Source of the DNA: Tubulanus polymorphus
Lineage: Eukaryota > Animalia > Nemertea
Assembly (NCBI RefSeq): GCF_964204645.1
Contig: NC_134031.1
Location: 5,270,001-5,334,000 of the forward strand
Length of the DNA: 64,000 nucleotides
Direction of reading: 5' to 3'
The notes beneath the pieces were generated by a model. It worked only from the letters and a program-made list of their open reading frames with translations. It ran no database searches and was not told the origin of the DNA. The position numbers were made by a program, and so were the translations under genes. Shown here piece by piece: positions 51,148 to 64,000 of this stretch; position 1 is the first letter of the stretch; each line of letters starts with the position of its first letter.

Positions 51148-51954
51148 TTCGAGACGTACTTATTACCCGGAGAAAATCTGACTGTTAAGACGTTAAATTC
51201 AATGAATGTTTAGTCCATTATGTCGATGGATATTTCGATGGCACTCACCATGTTTCAAACTCCGCACTGGTTTTTCGATTCTTTCGATTAGAGCGATTCT
51301 TGTTCCAAAGTCGCACTCGTTTCAGTTGTGGCTCATCGAAACATGTGAAAACTTAACGCCGAATATCCCGATCAAAAGCTTCAAATGCGTTTTCACCTGA
51401 TAGATGAAGTAATTACTCTCCTATTAATTGGTGACGCATTTTGAGGAAATTCTATTATTCGTTCTATTGATTCATCGTCAAATCGCGTTCATCCCCCGAA
51501 CAAACACGCGAATTCTAAATACACAAATATTTGATTTGTGATGAAAAATTGCGTTCATAAATAACTAAATCACTGATTCGTTCATCCCCGTTGACGAATC
51601 TCCGAAACGAAGATAAACAAAACATGAAAGGTTATTTAATTTGATAATGTGATTTAACGTCTACCTAGTAACCTGTTATTGTAGTAGATAACAATCATGA
51701 CAAAAGAACAAAAAGCGAGAAAAAAAGAGAGAGAAAATGTTATGCAAATTAGAGTAACAATATATAGCGGTGCATATATGGTTTTCGAGAGTTTGGACTG
51801 AAAAAAATATGATGTAAAGGTATCGTAAACATTGACTAGATTGAACAATTAGTTAAAGCTATTCTTACTAATTACCACAGTACAATTATTGTTTATATAT
51901 CTCATATTTTTTCGTGTGGGCATTTTCGATGAGCAGCACACAATATATTCAGTT

Positions 51955-52175
51955 CCATGCGAAATTTTCGTCCCGTAAAACAATATAGCCACAGAAATGT
52001 ACGGCATAATTTTTAACGGCTAACAAAGTCAAAAACGAGTCCGTAAAAAGCAGATAGATAACCGACGGAAATGACGTCACAATAAAGACGAAATTAATCG
52101 TCAGCAACATTAGCGTAATGCAGGTCAGTTGCTGCTTCCGGTTATCAGTCACGCTCGCGGCCATCTTAGATTGCA
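51955..52175 (-). pseudogene. Older GPCR fragment (ICL3-TM6-TM7)
   Basis: ITLMLLTINFVFIVTSFP...NYAVHF aligns to the paralogue ITLMLVATNFIFLVTSFP...NYAINF; frameshifted afterwards and no upstream TMs seen. Confidence 0.7.
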
Positions 52176-52886
52176 ACAACGCACTAATTCATTCATTCAT
52201 TCAGTAATTCCAGTGTCACGTACTTTTTCCCAAGCATCCACAGGGGCGGATCGGCGCGCACCCCCTATTTTTGCCGTGTAAAGAAATTTTTCAAGCCTCT
52301 GTATACAAAGAACTAGTTTGCTGGATGGAAGCCGCAAATCTCAATTACGTTACGGAGGATTGGCCGAATGTTCTTCACCGAACGAATTAATTTGATTCTG
52401 TCATATTGCTAAAGCTTGCTCGGAATGCACCGCATTGCGTCTATTTTTCTGTTGGAATTTTTCCACGCATGGAATAAACTAAAAAATGCATCCCTTCCAG
52501 AGATGACAACCTTGAACTTGTATACGTACGTATTTTAGTTGTTCATAAAAATCAATTCGCCGCAAAAAGTTATTTCAACCAAAATCGCTTCAGCTATGGA
52601 TATACGTATATTCTGCCCTGTTATTTGAAGCGTGTTTCGTCCTCCCTGCAATTAGAGTAACATCTATACGGAACAAAATAGGCAGCGTACATTGAAATTG
52701 TATATAGATACAAGAGCATGCGTTAGATACAAGAATGGAATGCATTCTCTGTAATTATACACGGAGCGCGCCAGAGAGACCTGCGCGGAGAACCTGCGCT
52801 GATCTGAACCGCCTGAATCGGTTCTTACGGAGAAAACTTCGAATATAGATTACGATCCGTTTTCAACGTAATATCTTAATCCTAAT

Positions 52887-54113
52887 ATGAGAAATCTTAC
52901 TTCTAGACCGCCGGGGCTGTTCGTGCCGCCACCGCCGTTTATTAGAGCTTTCGCACAATTCATTCGTAATTACAAGGTTTATAAACGCATCGAATTCGCC
53001 AAAGAATTGTACATATATCCACTGGGAAGCGTGTTTAACTTTCTTACTCTTATTTTACTGATAAAATGTCGCAGATATCAGTCAGTACGTTACACGTTCC
53101 CTTATCTAATATCTCTCGCACTTTCAGATCAGCTTGTCGTGCTGTTGAAATTAAGACGATTCGCCAACACAATGGTTACTTTCATCATCTACGAATTAGG
53201 ATATTACCCAAAATGCAGAAGTTGGATCGCGTTCGAATGTGAAATGGGCAAAGTAACATGTCCGTCAGTTTACTATTATTGGTACTGTTTCTATAGTTCA
53301 ATAGAACGAACGATTCCGATGTGTTTAATCGAGACTTCACTCTACAACCAATCTATTGCTGTTTCTAACTACATTGTTGTCATAATCTCTATCGAACGAT
53401 TTGTCTCCGTTCGTTTTCCCTTTTTTCACATGAAACATTTCGCCGTAACTCGGCGTAGATATGCCATACCCGTTGTCGTTATTTGGTCGCTTTTGTTCAA
53501 CTGCGATTTGTCCATAATCACTAGAATCAGTGTGCAAACACGTGGTTTCACCAACCAAACTTACCCGTTCTATTACTGCAGTAAAAGTGGCGATGACTCA
53601 GTTATTCAGACGTACAGATCTGTCGCGGTGTTCGTTCGGGATATAGTCCCAGCTTTGATTGTAGTTTTAACATCAGTGGCAACTGCTAGAATTCGCCGAG
53701 GGAGTAGAACACGTATTGATGTCTCGTTTAACACTAGCCGTCATACGATTGAAGCCAGTAAAACCTTACTTGTAATAGTTTTTGTCTATCTGGTACTCGT
53801 AATACCGTACGCTTTCTGCGACTGTTGGAATAAGTTGGGAAGTTTGATTTTATTGTTGGCGTTTAAAGTGAATGGCTTCAGAATCAGTGTTAATAGAACC
53901 CCGATCGTTCACTTCTTTACACGTATGTTGTGGCCACTTCTCTCCCGCATATTGACGATTCCTCGGCAGTTTGTATTCTGCATAAATTTTTTCGTATATG
54001 TCACGACGCTGAGAGTTTTCCGACAGAGACTTGTCAGGGGTTTTCGTTGTGAACAAACGCCAAAAGTCCAAATCAATAAAATGTCGCAACAAATCCTGCA
54101 CAAAATAATCTAG
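52887..54113 (+). CDS. Divergent intronless class A orphan GPCR (408 aa)
   Basis: TM1 N (GSVFN), YLISLALSD, ISIERFVSVRFP, TM5 P (DIVPAL), TM6 LVIP, TM7 CINFFVY, helix 8 FRQRL. Confidence 0.88.
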   Translation: MRNLTSRPPGLFVPPPPFIRAFAQFIRNYKVYKRIEFAKELYIYPLGSVFNFLTLILLIKCRRYQSVRYTFPYLISLALSDQLVVLLKLRRFANTMVTFIIYELGYYPKCRSWIAFECEMGKVTCPSVYYYWYCFYSSIERTIPMCLIETSLYNQSIAVSNYIVVIISIERFVSVRFPFFHMKHFAVTRRRYAIPVVVIWSLLFNCDLSIITRISVQTRGFTNQTYPFYYCSKSGDDSVIQTYRSVAVFVRDIVPALIVVLTSVATARIRRGSRTRIDVSFNTSRHTIEASKTLLVIVFVYLVLVIPYAFCDCWNKLGSLILLLAFKVNGFRISVNRTPIVHFFTRMLWPLLSRILTIPRQFVFCINFFVYVTTLRVFRQRLVRGFRCEQTPKVQINKMSQQILHKII

Positions 54114-56230
54114 CACCACAATATCAAGCATGTCGTCGATCCACCGAATGTTGATTTTGCAGAAAATGATACATGAAGCAAACATTGATTACCGTTCCAC
54201 CCAATATTCGGGTGGCTCGTTCGGCATTGGGATCAATATGATTCGTCGAAGGTACAGCTGGCATGTCCAGGATTTAAAAAAAAAACATATTTCATGGAAG
54301 CGGATGCATGCGAACTTTGAGATCAATCACCTGATTCATTTTCTTTCTGCTCACATCGGAACAGTTACGGACAGGTTCTTCATCAATTGCTCCCAGAAAT
54401 ATTGAATAAAAATCGGGAGGCTTTTTCGAACGAAACTCACGAAAAAAAGGATGATTGCATTATCTCTTACATATACGGAGTTAAAAAACTTTTCTGGCTG
54501 TGCGAGATGCATCGTATCAACAATAGGATTGACCGGTCGACTGATGTCGCCGTAGGTGCGGCGCTCGTCAGACCTATTTTCCAAAAAAAAAATCAAAATA
54601 AAAATTTTCTAAAAATGCCAAAAAGCAATAAAATTGCTATATGGAAGGGGTCTGGCATAAAATCGTCAGATGTTCTCCGGAGGATCGTAATGAACGGCTT
54701 GGTGTGTAGTTAGATTAGGTCTTATAGACCTCAACTCGGCAGTGGTTGAAAAGGGACAGATGGCAAGATTTGTCCATGGACTCTAGAATCCACGATTTGA
54801 ACGAGGAGTGGAAAAACGTAACAGCCAACAAACGATATCAGAAAAGCGAACGATTTTGAATTCGAGAGACGCATTGGCACATTTATTTTCTCTATGAAAT
54901 TAGCTGACAATTTAACAAACAGTATTTCGATGAAGCAGGCAAAATAACTGGAAGATTCGTGAAATCAGGCACTAATTCCAATGAAAACTCATAGCAACTA
55001 ATAGCACCTTTAAACGTGTGCCAGGCATACATATATATTTATAGAATAATAATATTACGTGTTGTACTTATAGAGGCATGAACATTATGAAATTAGTAAA
55101 AATAGTTAACCAATCATAATATTGATAAATACCTAGATTTCATGCTTAAAACTAATAATAATTTCTGATCAGATATGGAGAAACAAATAACTTAATTAAG
55201 TACTAATCATTATTCGTATTGCATTCAAATTCGTATCGATATCGATTACTATATGTTACGTGGAAATGAAAAAAGCGGCGCATTTTTTCGCTGTTGTTCA
55301 ATTCGGAAAAATACTTCTAATGCCGATTTCGAGATGTCCGTTCAGACGTGATTCATTGCCTTCACCAAATTTTCATTCGAATGAAAGAAAAACTACACTG
55401 CAGCAGCGAGCAGATTTTTCGATGCCCCAAAAAACCTAATCCAAACAACATCGATCCCCCGGGGTTCCTGAAAGTCGAAACATTTCTGAACCACAACGTT
55501 GACTTTTTCTAAGACCAAAAATTGGCAATGAACAAATAGAAGAAATTAGGCGACGTTGTCCAAAATCATCGGCACGTTTCCACTATCGTCGATAGGTACC
55601 TCGCGAATATCGATAAACCCAAGGATTGAATGTTGTTGAATTTTTCATCAAATGCCTCTCACTGTGTAAGGTAAAGGACCCCGTTCCTGTTTGCAGTTCG
55701 AGTCTACAAGTTCTACTTATAAAATAAAAGATTCGCAGATCGTTCCGCGTGAAGATGATACAATTTTCACAGATAGACATTTCTTTAGAATATTCACCAC
55801 GGAATTATCGTATTACATTTCACATTTTACGTAGAAAAAGCTTTAATGTCGTTTGCATTTTCTCAAACTGTTATCACAGTACGCACTATATATTTTCGTG
55901 CTCAAAAGCAATACGCAACACTAGGGACACGTAGACAGCTTGCTTTGCTTCTAATTGCATGAAATAATGGTTTTCCAAAGGGATTCATTTTTTCAAATGT
56001 TAACACAAGTATCACGTGTTTTTCATTCAGTCAACGATATTACATATAAGTGCCCATCCTGCATTCTTGCACAGATTTTGAACATGGTGTTGATGAAACT
56101 ACCGGGATATAAAACCCTGCTTCAGCAGACCGGAAGATGATGTTTTTTATAAATAAGTTTTAATTTAAACCCAAGTGACATTGAATCGAGTAAACCACTG
56201 GCTTCAAGTTAATATCAGTCCGCGCTATAA

Positions 56231-56588
56231 AGCCTAGCGCACATCGACACTGCGATTGGAGACAACTAGTTGCAAGGCAGTTTTCGGCGCATGAGAGGAA
56301 CTGGCTTGATACGATCAGTTGCTTGAATGTGTCGATGTGAGCGAGCTTACGATTGGTAAGCGTCGATCTATCTCCAGTTCCAGCCAGTTGCCCATGTTCT
56401 ACTTTTGAGCAACTGGTTGTACTCAATCGCAGTCATATCCGTCGATGTGCGCGCTCTGGATTTCGACGATCGACACGCGCCATGCAGTTGCTGCAACTGA
56501 CCGGTTGTAACTAGATTTCGATGTGCGCGGGGTAATCGTTCGGTAGCAACTAGTTGTCTCCAATCGCAGTGTCGATGTGCGCTAGGCT
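56231..56588. mobile_element. PIF/Harbinger-type MITE
   Basis: About 43-bp perfect TIRs agcctagcgcacatcgacactgcgattggagacaactagttgc; TAA flanks at 56228-56230 and 56589-56591; internal degenerate gtcgatgtg repeats. Confidence 0.9.
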
Positions 56589-57361
56589 TAAGACTGTGCA
56601 GCCATTTGTGCAGCGAGGCGAGTACCCAATCGAATTATCAATTTTACCATAGGCTTTATCAACTCAATAATGGCTACGTAAAGTTCCAATTTTCAAATGT
56701 TTGCGCGCTCGGTCTACTGAGGTAGGGGCCAGTGGCAGTTGACTCGCCATCACATTCTCGAATGCCTCATACTCATTATTTCATTATTCGGATGAGAATC
56801 AAGACAATTATCGCCTATTTCATTCAACACCATTAAATTATTCTATTATTCACACCATTAAATCCATATAGTTACCCATTCATAGAAACGTAATCTAATC
56901 TACTGGTGTACTGTAAAATACGAAGTACGAACAACTTGTTTCGATAAGAGGATTTTCCGAATGGATATCATCGGTTCAAATAATATAATAATATATATAT
57001 ATATATATATATATAGCGAGCTGAACGCCCGTTATTTCATATACATATATGTTAAAAGATCACAGATTATGATTGGACATTAATATAGTTGATAATAAGC
57101 GAAAAATACACAACATCACCTCCATTGACCACATATACATGCGTTTAATACTTTACTTCTACAAGAGTACTACACGATCTAACGACGGTAAGGCTCCTTT
57201 TTTCTGCGTCGAAATGTATTCGCTCGGCGTTTACGAAATTTTTACTCGGTATTCAAACGATTTGGCAAAATTTACGAAGTCTAGTTATATACATCGTACT
57301 TAGAGAGTTCGCCATTACCAGTTCGGTACTAGAATATATCTAGGGTAAGTCTCAATTTTAA

Positions 57362-57609
57362 CCCTTTCAGTGCTCGAGATTATTTGAAAATTTTGAAAAA
57401 TTTCACCCTAGTATGTTGAATAACCTGAATACCACCATAGTGTGTCTACACTGCGGTGCAGTGTATTGTTGGTTACTATTATTTCACTATGTTTGACAGG
57501 TGTTGCCATAATCGCACCAATACACCGCACTATACACCGCAGTGCAGTGTACTAGCAAAATCCCTCACAGATTTATACACCGCACTGCGGTGTAGATGCA
57601 CTGAAAGGG
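57362..57609. mobile_element. piggyBac-type MITE
   Basis: TTAA|CCCTTTCAGTGC ... GCACTGAAAGGG|TTAA. Confidence 0.85.
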
Positions 57610-59991
57610 TTAACAGGGAGGTAGCCCAGAATAAGGCAGAGTCTCCTACATTTGCAGATGACTCAATTGACCTTACGTCATTAAGGTTTGACCGTACAAC
57701 GACTGCGGCTGGACAGTGAATTCTTGATTGGACGTAAATATTTCGCCGAACTGACCTGATGGCGATTCGGAAAATCGAGTCTTTCCAAGAAAGTCTTGAG
57801 AAAGAAGTGCACAGTATTTAGATTAACACCAAACAGATTTACTTTTGTACCTACTATTCATCGACAAATCTCAGTATCGTAAAGTTCTCATCAGTACATT
57901 AACAATTTTGACGATACATACAGAAAACCCAGCGGCCGGTTTTTCATAGACAGGTATTTTCTTTATCCCGGGGGCTAACTCAATTCATTCTCAATTGAGT
58001 TAACCCCTAGGTTAAAGATAATACCAGCACCCAGTTTCACAAAAACGTTGCAGGCCTAAATCGATTTTTAGAATTAAACCTTTTTGTGAAACCGGGGCCA
58101 GTACATTAAACCGGCCCTGCTTCATTTGCACGATATCTAAACCGTGCCTGGACTCTGAGAGGCATTTAGCATACAATAAATACTAATTTGTTACGTAAAA
58201 TGCCCGAATCATTGACGGTTTACTATGCAATTATCCGTTCAAAACGACCCTATCTGCAAATATCCCCTGTAGCCCCTTCAAATATCTTTGAAAATATTGA
58301 CGCCAACCGATACCGTACTTAAAATGACTTCACAGTTACACAATACGAATAGAATGTATACAAAATAATAAATAAATATATATATATATACATATATATG
58401 TCTTACGATGTGATGATATTGCTATATCGACCGGCTTTGAACAGAAATCAAGGCAGATACACGTTTAACGAGCGCGCGGTATTATCATCGACGAAGAGTT
58501 TCGACTTACTGTTTACGTTTCTTAAAACATTTATATCCGAATCAAGAATCAACAAGAATCTATTTACAGAGTACAATCATACATATATCTATATATATAT
58601 ATATATATTTATATCTATAGTAGATCTTATCTTGAATAAGTTAGAATTTTACACCTAGTTAGTTTTGAGTGAAACCGAGTCGGTTTGAATTTCAACAAGA
58701 CGCGTGCACGAGTACATTCCCTGTCCGTCAATTTCAACAATAATTCAACCTTCCCTCGTCGGAATGAGTTCGGAACTGAAAAGCACAGTAGTTCTAAATT
58801 CTATATTTTTACATATTTACAGATATTCATACCGGTCTTTCGAACATTTATGAACGAACGAACGCGCACGTTACGATATACCGTCGAGCATATTCAGAAT
58901 CAGAGCTATAACGACGCGGCTAACTCTTAACAATGCAGCCAGAACGCCTCCGATAATCACATAACACAGGAGAGAACGTTTAAACGTTTAAACCTTCCTA
59001 CTCCGATATATTCCTGTGACTTCGACTCATCGTTGCTCCGACTGCCACGGAATAATGTCTATCCGGCCCACGAGCTCCGAGGCAGGCACTGTCTAAATCT
59101 AATTTTGGAGTAAACATCAGTTTATTTTTATTTTGACTAATCTCCAATTTATCAGCTAACAGGCGAAACCGATCATCCGTACATTGGCGATATTTTCACT
59201 TTTTCTAACCGTATTGAGAGATAAAGTTTTTTCCTTACGACAACAACTTTAAAATGTACACGATGAAACTAATTTATATACACCACGACGTTTACACTGG
59301 CAAGCGAGGCTCTGATATTCTAGGCGGGCGATGATGATATCATAATAGTTAAAGCTTTCGACTAATTCTTCTTCGAACAGAAGAATTCAGATCTTGTAAT
59401 AAAACGGCGCGATATTAAGACTGAAGTCGATAACAAACCGAAGATAGACGCGATATATAATTTCTTTTCTCTAAATGCTATTAACATCGAGATTTCCTGA
59501 AATGATAGATTGAGAAAAATATTTTCAGTTTCAACGAAGCGTTTGAACATACAGTAAACTCTGCCTAAAGTGCAACAGTTGGGCACCATTTTTCTACCAA
59601 ATTAGGTTTGAAGAAAAGCAAAAATCAATGGATGAAAATAGGGAATTATTGAGCCTAATGGCGTCCGAACAGCTTTATTAATTTCTTTTGATCAGACCGT
59701 AGCGAATCTTTGAGGGTTTGCTTCCTTACATGATGTACCAGACATACTACGGCCAATTTAGGTCATGAGTGTACAGAAGTAGTAACATAGGGCCTAATAA
59801 TTCACCAACAGGGATAGAAGATCGATGGTATTGTCTAAAACAGTGTTGTAGGCGAAGAGCCATCATGATTTATCAGTTAAGGTGAAAATTAACAGAAATG
59901 ATGTCACAATTGTACGGCATTACTGAATAGAGCGATTGGGCTGAGTCTACTGTATTTTTTGATGCAACGTAAACCGTGTACACTAACCTAT

Positions 59992-60147
<156 letters not shown>

Positions 60148-60838
60148 TCAAAAGAATTATCAATCATAAAATTCGAATATACAACCACGGTTTGTAGTAG
60201 TAACACTTTAAAGCTAGTAAGGACTTTTGGTGTGGAAAAAGTACAACACTTTTTTAGTGAATTGCGCTCATGATAGACATTCTAACAGCTCATCATTCGT
60301 CACACCACAACAATAATCTACATACAAATCACTTACATCATTCATGTACTAGGAAATTTTAATTGCCCAGAATTGATGTGTGCTTGGCTTCTGATTATTT
60401 GATCAACTCTTAGTACATCACAAATACAAATGCTGTGACAAACATTTTTAATATGGCTTGCAGTCAAAAAGTAAAACACTTTTCAGCTTGTATTAGTCGC
60501 GATCACATGAGCGTTCTTGGCCCGGAACAACCACTCACATGGATGCTAAATGGGCATGTGCCTAATTGGCCAGAGCGGAATATTAGTGCGGGACAAATGG
60601 TTGCGTGCGAATAGCAATTGGTTCTGGAAGTGATTCACTTCACTTTGTATAAGCATTTTGTAGTATCAAGTGAGTGGTTTACATGTGAATGCACTTTCTG
60701 CACGGGCCAAATTTGACTCAGGCCTGACCCGGGCCAAATCGTCTCCATGTGATATTGTGAAAAGTAGGCAAAATCAGGGCCTTAAGAAATTTTTTCCAAA
60801 AAGTAGTACACAGTAGACTAGCTTCGAACCACGAATCA

Positions 60839-61093
<255 letters not shown>

Positions 61094-61808
61094 TCATATA
61101 CCGCCAATATGGCTAACACATTCACTGCCTAGATCATTGTTTTCAGTTGCTAATACCGAAAACTCTGCCTAATCTAAATCAGTTTAATCCCAATTTTAGT
61201 TTGAAGTGGAAATTACTGCTTAATTTACACATACATGTCTGCAAAATACGATGTTTGATCTGGATTTCGCACCGGATTATCCTGGTAATTCCACTGATTA
61301 CAAATGATCAGAATCAAGTAAGGTCTCTACTATAAAAGGGTATCCACTTTCCGCCAATTTACAAATTCCCAGAGTTTTCCCTGAATTTTGCCCATGTTAT
61401 AACACAAAATTCCCCCAGTGACTCGTCAGGTTGAATGGAAAAATTTCTTGGTAGAAAATGCAAAATACAATTTAACCCTTTTGCATGAATTAAATAAAGA
61501 AACACGTGGTCAATGTCCAATTTCCCTGCGTTCCCCATGTTCTTTTTTTTGCAAAATTTGTCAAATTGCCTGATAGTTTTTCCTGATTTTTCTGTTTCCC
61601 CAAAATTTCATTTTATTCTTTTTTTTCGTTTCAGAACATAATTCTAAGGTCATTTATATGGTTCAATATTTTTTTGCCACCTCCTCCTTGTCGTCGGCGC
61701 TCTAGGGTAGAGAACTGATGAATAAATCCAGTTTTAGTACGATGCCAACAAACCGTATCTTTGAATTTCTATGTTACCTGTATATAGTCGGGTATAACCT
61801 TCACGTAC

Positions 61809-61934
61809 CTTGTCCCGGACTAGGAACCACACTAATGGCAGTCGACGCTCGTAAATCCCAAAATCTCGCAGTTTTATCTTGTGAACCGCTGACGAACATA
61901 CATCCACCCCACGTATGTAATGAATATATGTGAC
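61809..61934 (-). CDS. WDR47: WDR47 internal WD40 exon
   Basis: (G)HIYSLHTWGGCMFVSGSQDKTARFWDLRASTAISVVPSPGQ; AG/GT ends, phase 1/1. Confidence 0.93.
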
Positions 61935-62466
61935 CTGTAATTGAACATTAGATACATAAACACCAGCAGTCGTCATATGAGCTGTTAGAGTTATCAAAAC
62001 GGTTTGATCAGCAATTTAGAATACGATATGTTCAATACGGTTTACTCAATTGTGGGTTTAACACGTGCGTTGCAAGCTTAGTAATAAATACAGCGCCATC
62101 CCCAATTATCACTACAAATACACTTGTAGGTTGGCACTGGAGCTGTTACATAGACAGCCTTTGCTCGATATTGACCAATGGGCAATGAGAATGAAGTAGA
62201 ATTAGTTCACATTGCCAGCCAATCAGGAACTGTGTCATTCCCCGGGGGGGCCACAGTGCGAATATCTAACAGCTAATATTAAGAATCTTTAAGTATATAC
62301 TTATAGTGGCACTGGCAACAGAACCGGAAGTACAAGTATATTCACAGCCGGCCACGAATGCGTCAACTTCTGACTATGAAGTTCCAATCAATTGAAAAGT
62401 TCAAAAAATCTAAGAGATAAAAACCAATCCCTTCGCACTGGAGGGTTAAGATAATAATGCGTTTAC

Positions 62467-62637
62467 CTGAATGACCAGATAGAACTCGAATAGGCGTCCC
62501 AGTTTCGCAATCGGTTATATAGATTTTGCAATCGCCGGCGCCACCACTGATCAATAACGACGACCTATTGCTTGTATCCTGCATGAATACCATATCTCTG
62601 ACTGTTCCATCGTGGTGATTCAATTCTACTTCAGGAC
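62467..62637 (-). CDS. WDR47: WDR47 internal WD40 exon
   Basis: (G)PEVELNHHDGTVRDMVFMQDTSNRSSLLISGGAGDCKIYITDCETGTPIRVLSGHS; phase 1/1. Confidence 0.95.
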
Positions 62638-63052
62638 CTGCGAAAATAAGACCACCGTTTTGAACACTAGATGACTTTTCCCGTGATGGTGAAATCAATA
62701 TCTTAAACCACATAGGATGCAGGGAAACGCAGAACATGGTTCGGGAAACAATGTTTCCAAGATCAAACATCTATGTTTTCCAGCTTTGTGTGGGTTTGCC
62801 TTTGGAATGTTGCGATTATAATATTCTCGGAGCCACCCCTATTGGAATCATGCATGAAAAATGACGACTTCTAAAGACCCTTAGGATTATTGAAAATTAC
62901 GTACAAACCTATATTGTCAATTTATAAAAACATTTTTTCTTGGAAAAATGATATTACCCGGTAATCGTGTTAACTTTTTCGAATACAGAAGAGTAATGGA
63001 CAGAAATGTCATCAAATAACATCAAGGATCATCTGCCAAAAATAAGTCTTAC

Positions 63053-63222
63053 CGACTGCCTGATGAGTCTGACTATCATATCTTATCATCTTGATTGTCT
63101 TATCGTTCGAACCGGTGGCGATCAAGTCGCCCAACTCGTTCCACGCGACGCAATATATCGAGCCTTTGTGATGTTTCGAAGACTTGTATACGATGTTCGG
63201 TTCAGAAGTCAGGTGTCCATCT
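63053..63222 (-). CDS. WDR47: WDR47 internal WD40 exon
   Basis: DGHLTSEPNIVYKSSKHHKGSIYCVAWNELGDLIATGSNDKTIKMIRYDSQTHQAV; phase 2/1. Confidence 0.95.
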
Positions 63223-63596
63223 CTGCAAAACATCAATACCATCGTACAAAATTACTCGCTACGAGTTCCGTAGTTCTAGAGTTAAAGCGCCCTAAATATT
63301 TCCAGATTCTACCCCACACCCGCAACTAAACCTTGACTAAAAACAAGGAATGGGTCTAGTACATGTATCTGCAAAACACCCATATTCTCTTCTATTATTC
63401 AGACAAGAACATTAAACTATTTGTAATTCGCCTTCATTCTTTTCAACAGAAACTAAGGCATTTCAAGGTTGCAGCAGAAAGTCAACTAAATTCTCTCCGA
63501 AATATGTTCTTAACAGATTTTTTTGAAATTTATGTTGAGAATTAACAAACTACACTAAATAGTATCAAATATAAATCAATACATAAAATCCCACTC

Positions 63597-63760
63597 GATA
63601 GCTTAGCTGGTATAGTATTCCTCTTGGAACCGAGTGGTCCCGAGATCAAATCTCGAAATTTTTTCCCCAATCAGTCGTTTGCCGGTTCAGTTTGGTTGGA
63701 AGATAGTCAGTAACCTGTCTACGGTTTAGTTTCATGATCGGATATTTTCACAAACTGCAT
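63597..63760 (+). mobile_element. Probable tRNA-derived SINE in a WDR47 intron
   Basis: A-box-like TAGCTTAGCTGG (63599) and B-box-like hairpin cgagatcaaatctcg (63651); the body tccccaatcagtcg...ggttggaagat recurs at ~48519-48555. Confidence 0.45.
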
Positions 63761-63944
63761 AGTATAAGCCCATCCGATTATACAAACTTACCACCAACGA
63801 CTAAGTAACTAACTAGTTGGAAGATTGTTTACAGGAAAGGAAACGATCGCCAGGATTTAAGTCCAAAGCGGAAAACAAAAAGGAGGGATACAACCCCGGG
63901 CCGTGATATGAAATGGAGACGATCGCAAATGCTCGAGAACTTAC

Positions 63945-64000
63945 TTAAGTTCGGCTACATTTGGGAATGTGCAAACACGCAGAACCTTCGTATTGGAACC
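63945..64000 (-). CDS. WDR47: WDR47 exon truncated by the window edge
   Basis: GSNTKVLRVCTFPNVAEL(K) then a GTAAGT donor (phase 2); resembles the WDR47 GSNSKTLRVC motif. The gene continues beyond the window. Confidence 0.85.
   Translation of the reverse strand, partial: FQYEGSACLHIPKCSRT

Noticed and set aside
63597-63670. tRNA gene
   Set aside because: A- and B-box-like motifs are present, but I could not fold a convincing cloverleaf with an acceptor stem, and the downstream body recurs at ~48520. A SINE head is more likely.

Overview
Eukaryotic, intron-containing, AT-rich animal DNA, probably from a marine lophotrochozoan invertebrate (inferred from gene content, not proven). Left: a complete six-exon LIM-homeobox gene of the Arrowhead/Lhx6-8 class (CDS 3804-23434, +). 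Right: the last six WD40 exons of WDR47 (59992-64000, -). Between these anchors is a fast-evolving island of about 28 kb. It holds three small spliced genes for secreted prepropeptides that the ORF track misses. Two are head-to-head paralogues whose 38-aa, 6-Cys mature peptides resemble sea-anemone beta-defensin-fold neurotoxins (ATX-II/anthopleurin and BDS/APETx type) but have a rearranged C-x-C...CC...CC framework; the third encodes a 24-aa helix plus a single-disulfide ring. The island also contains a two-exon Toll-like receptor with an orphan copy of its first exon, four intronless rhodopsin-class orphan GPCR ORFs plus three relics, a Helentron/HINE-like element carrying a CRISPR-mimicking minisatellite, LINE and Penelope fragments, and many MITEs. 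Exon coordinates were derived by hand from GT-AG boundaries and reading-frame continuity; no database search was run.
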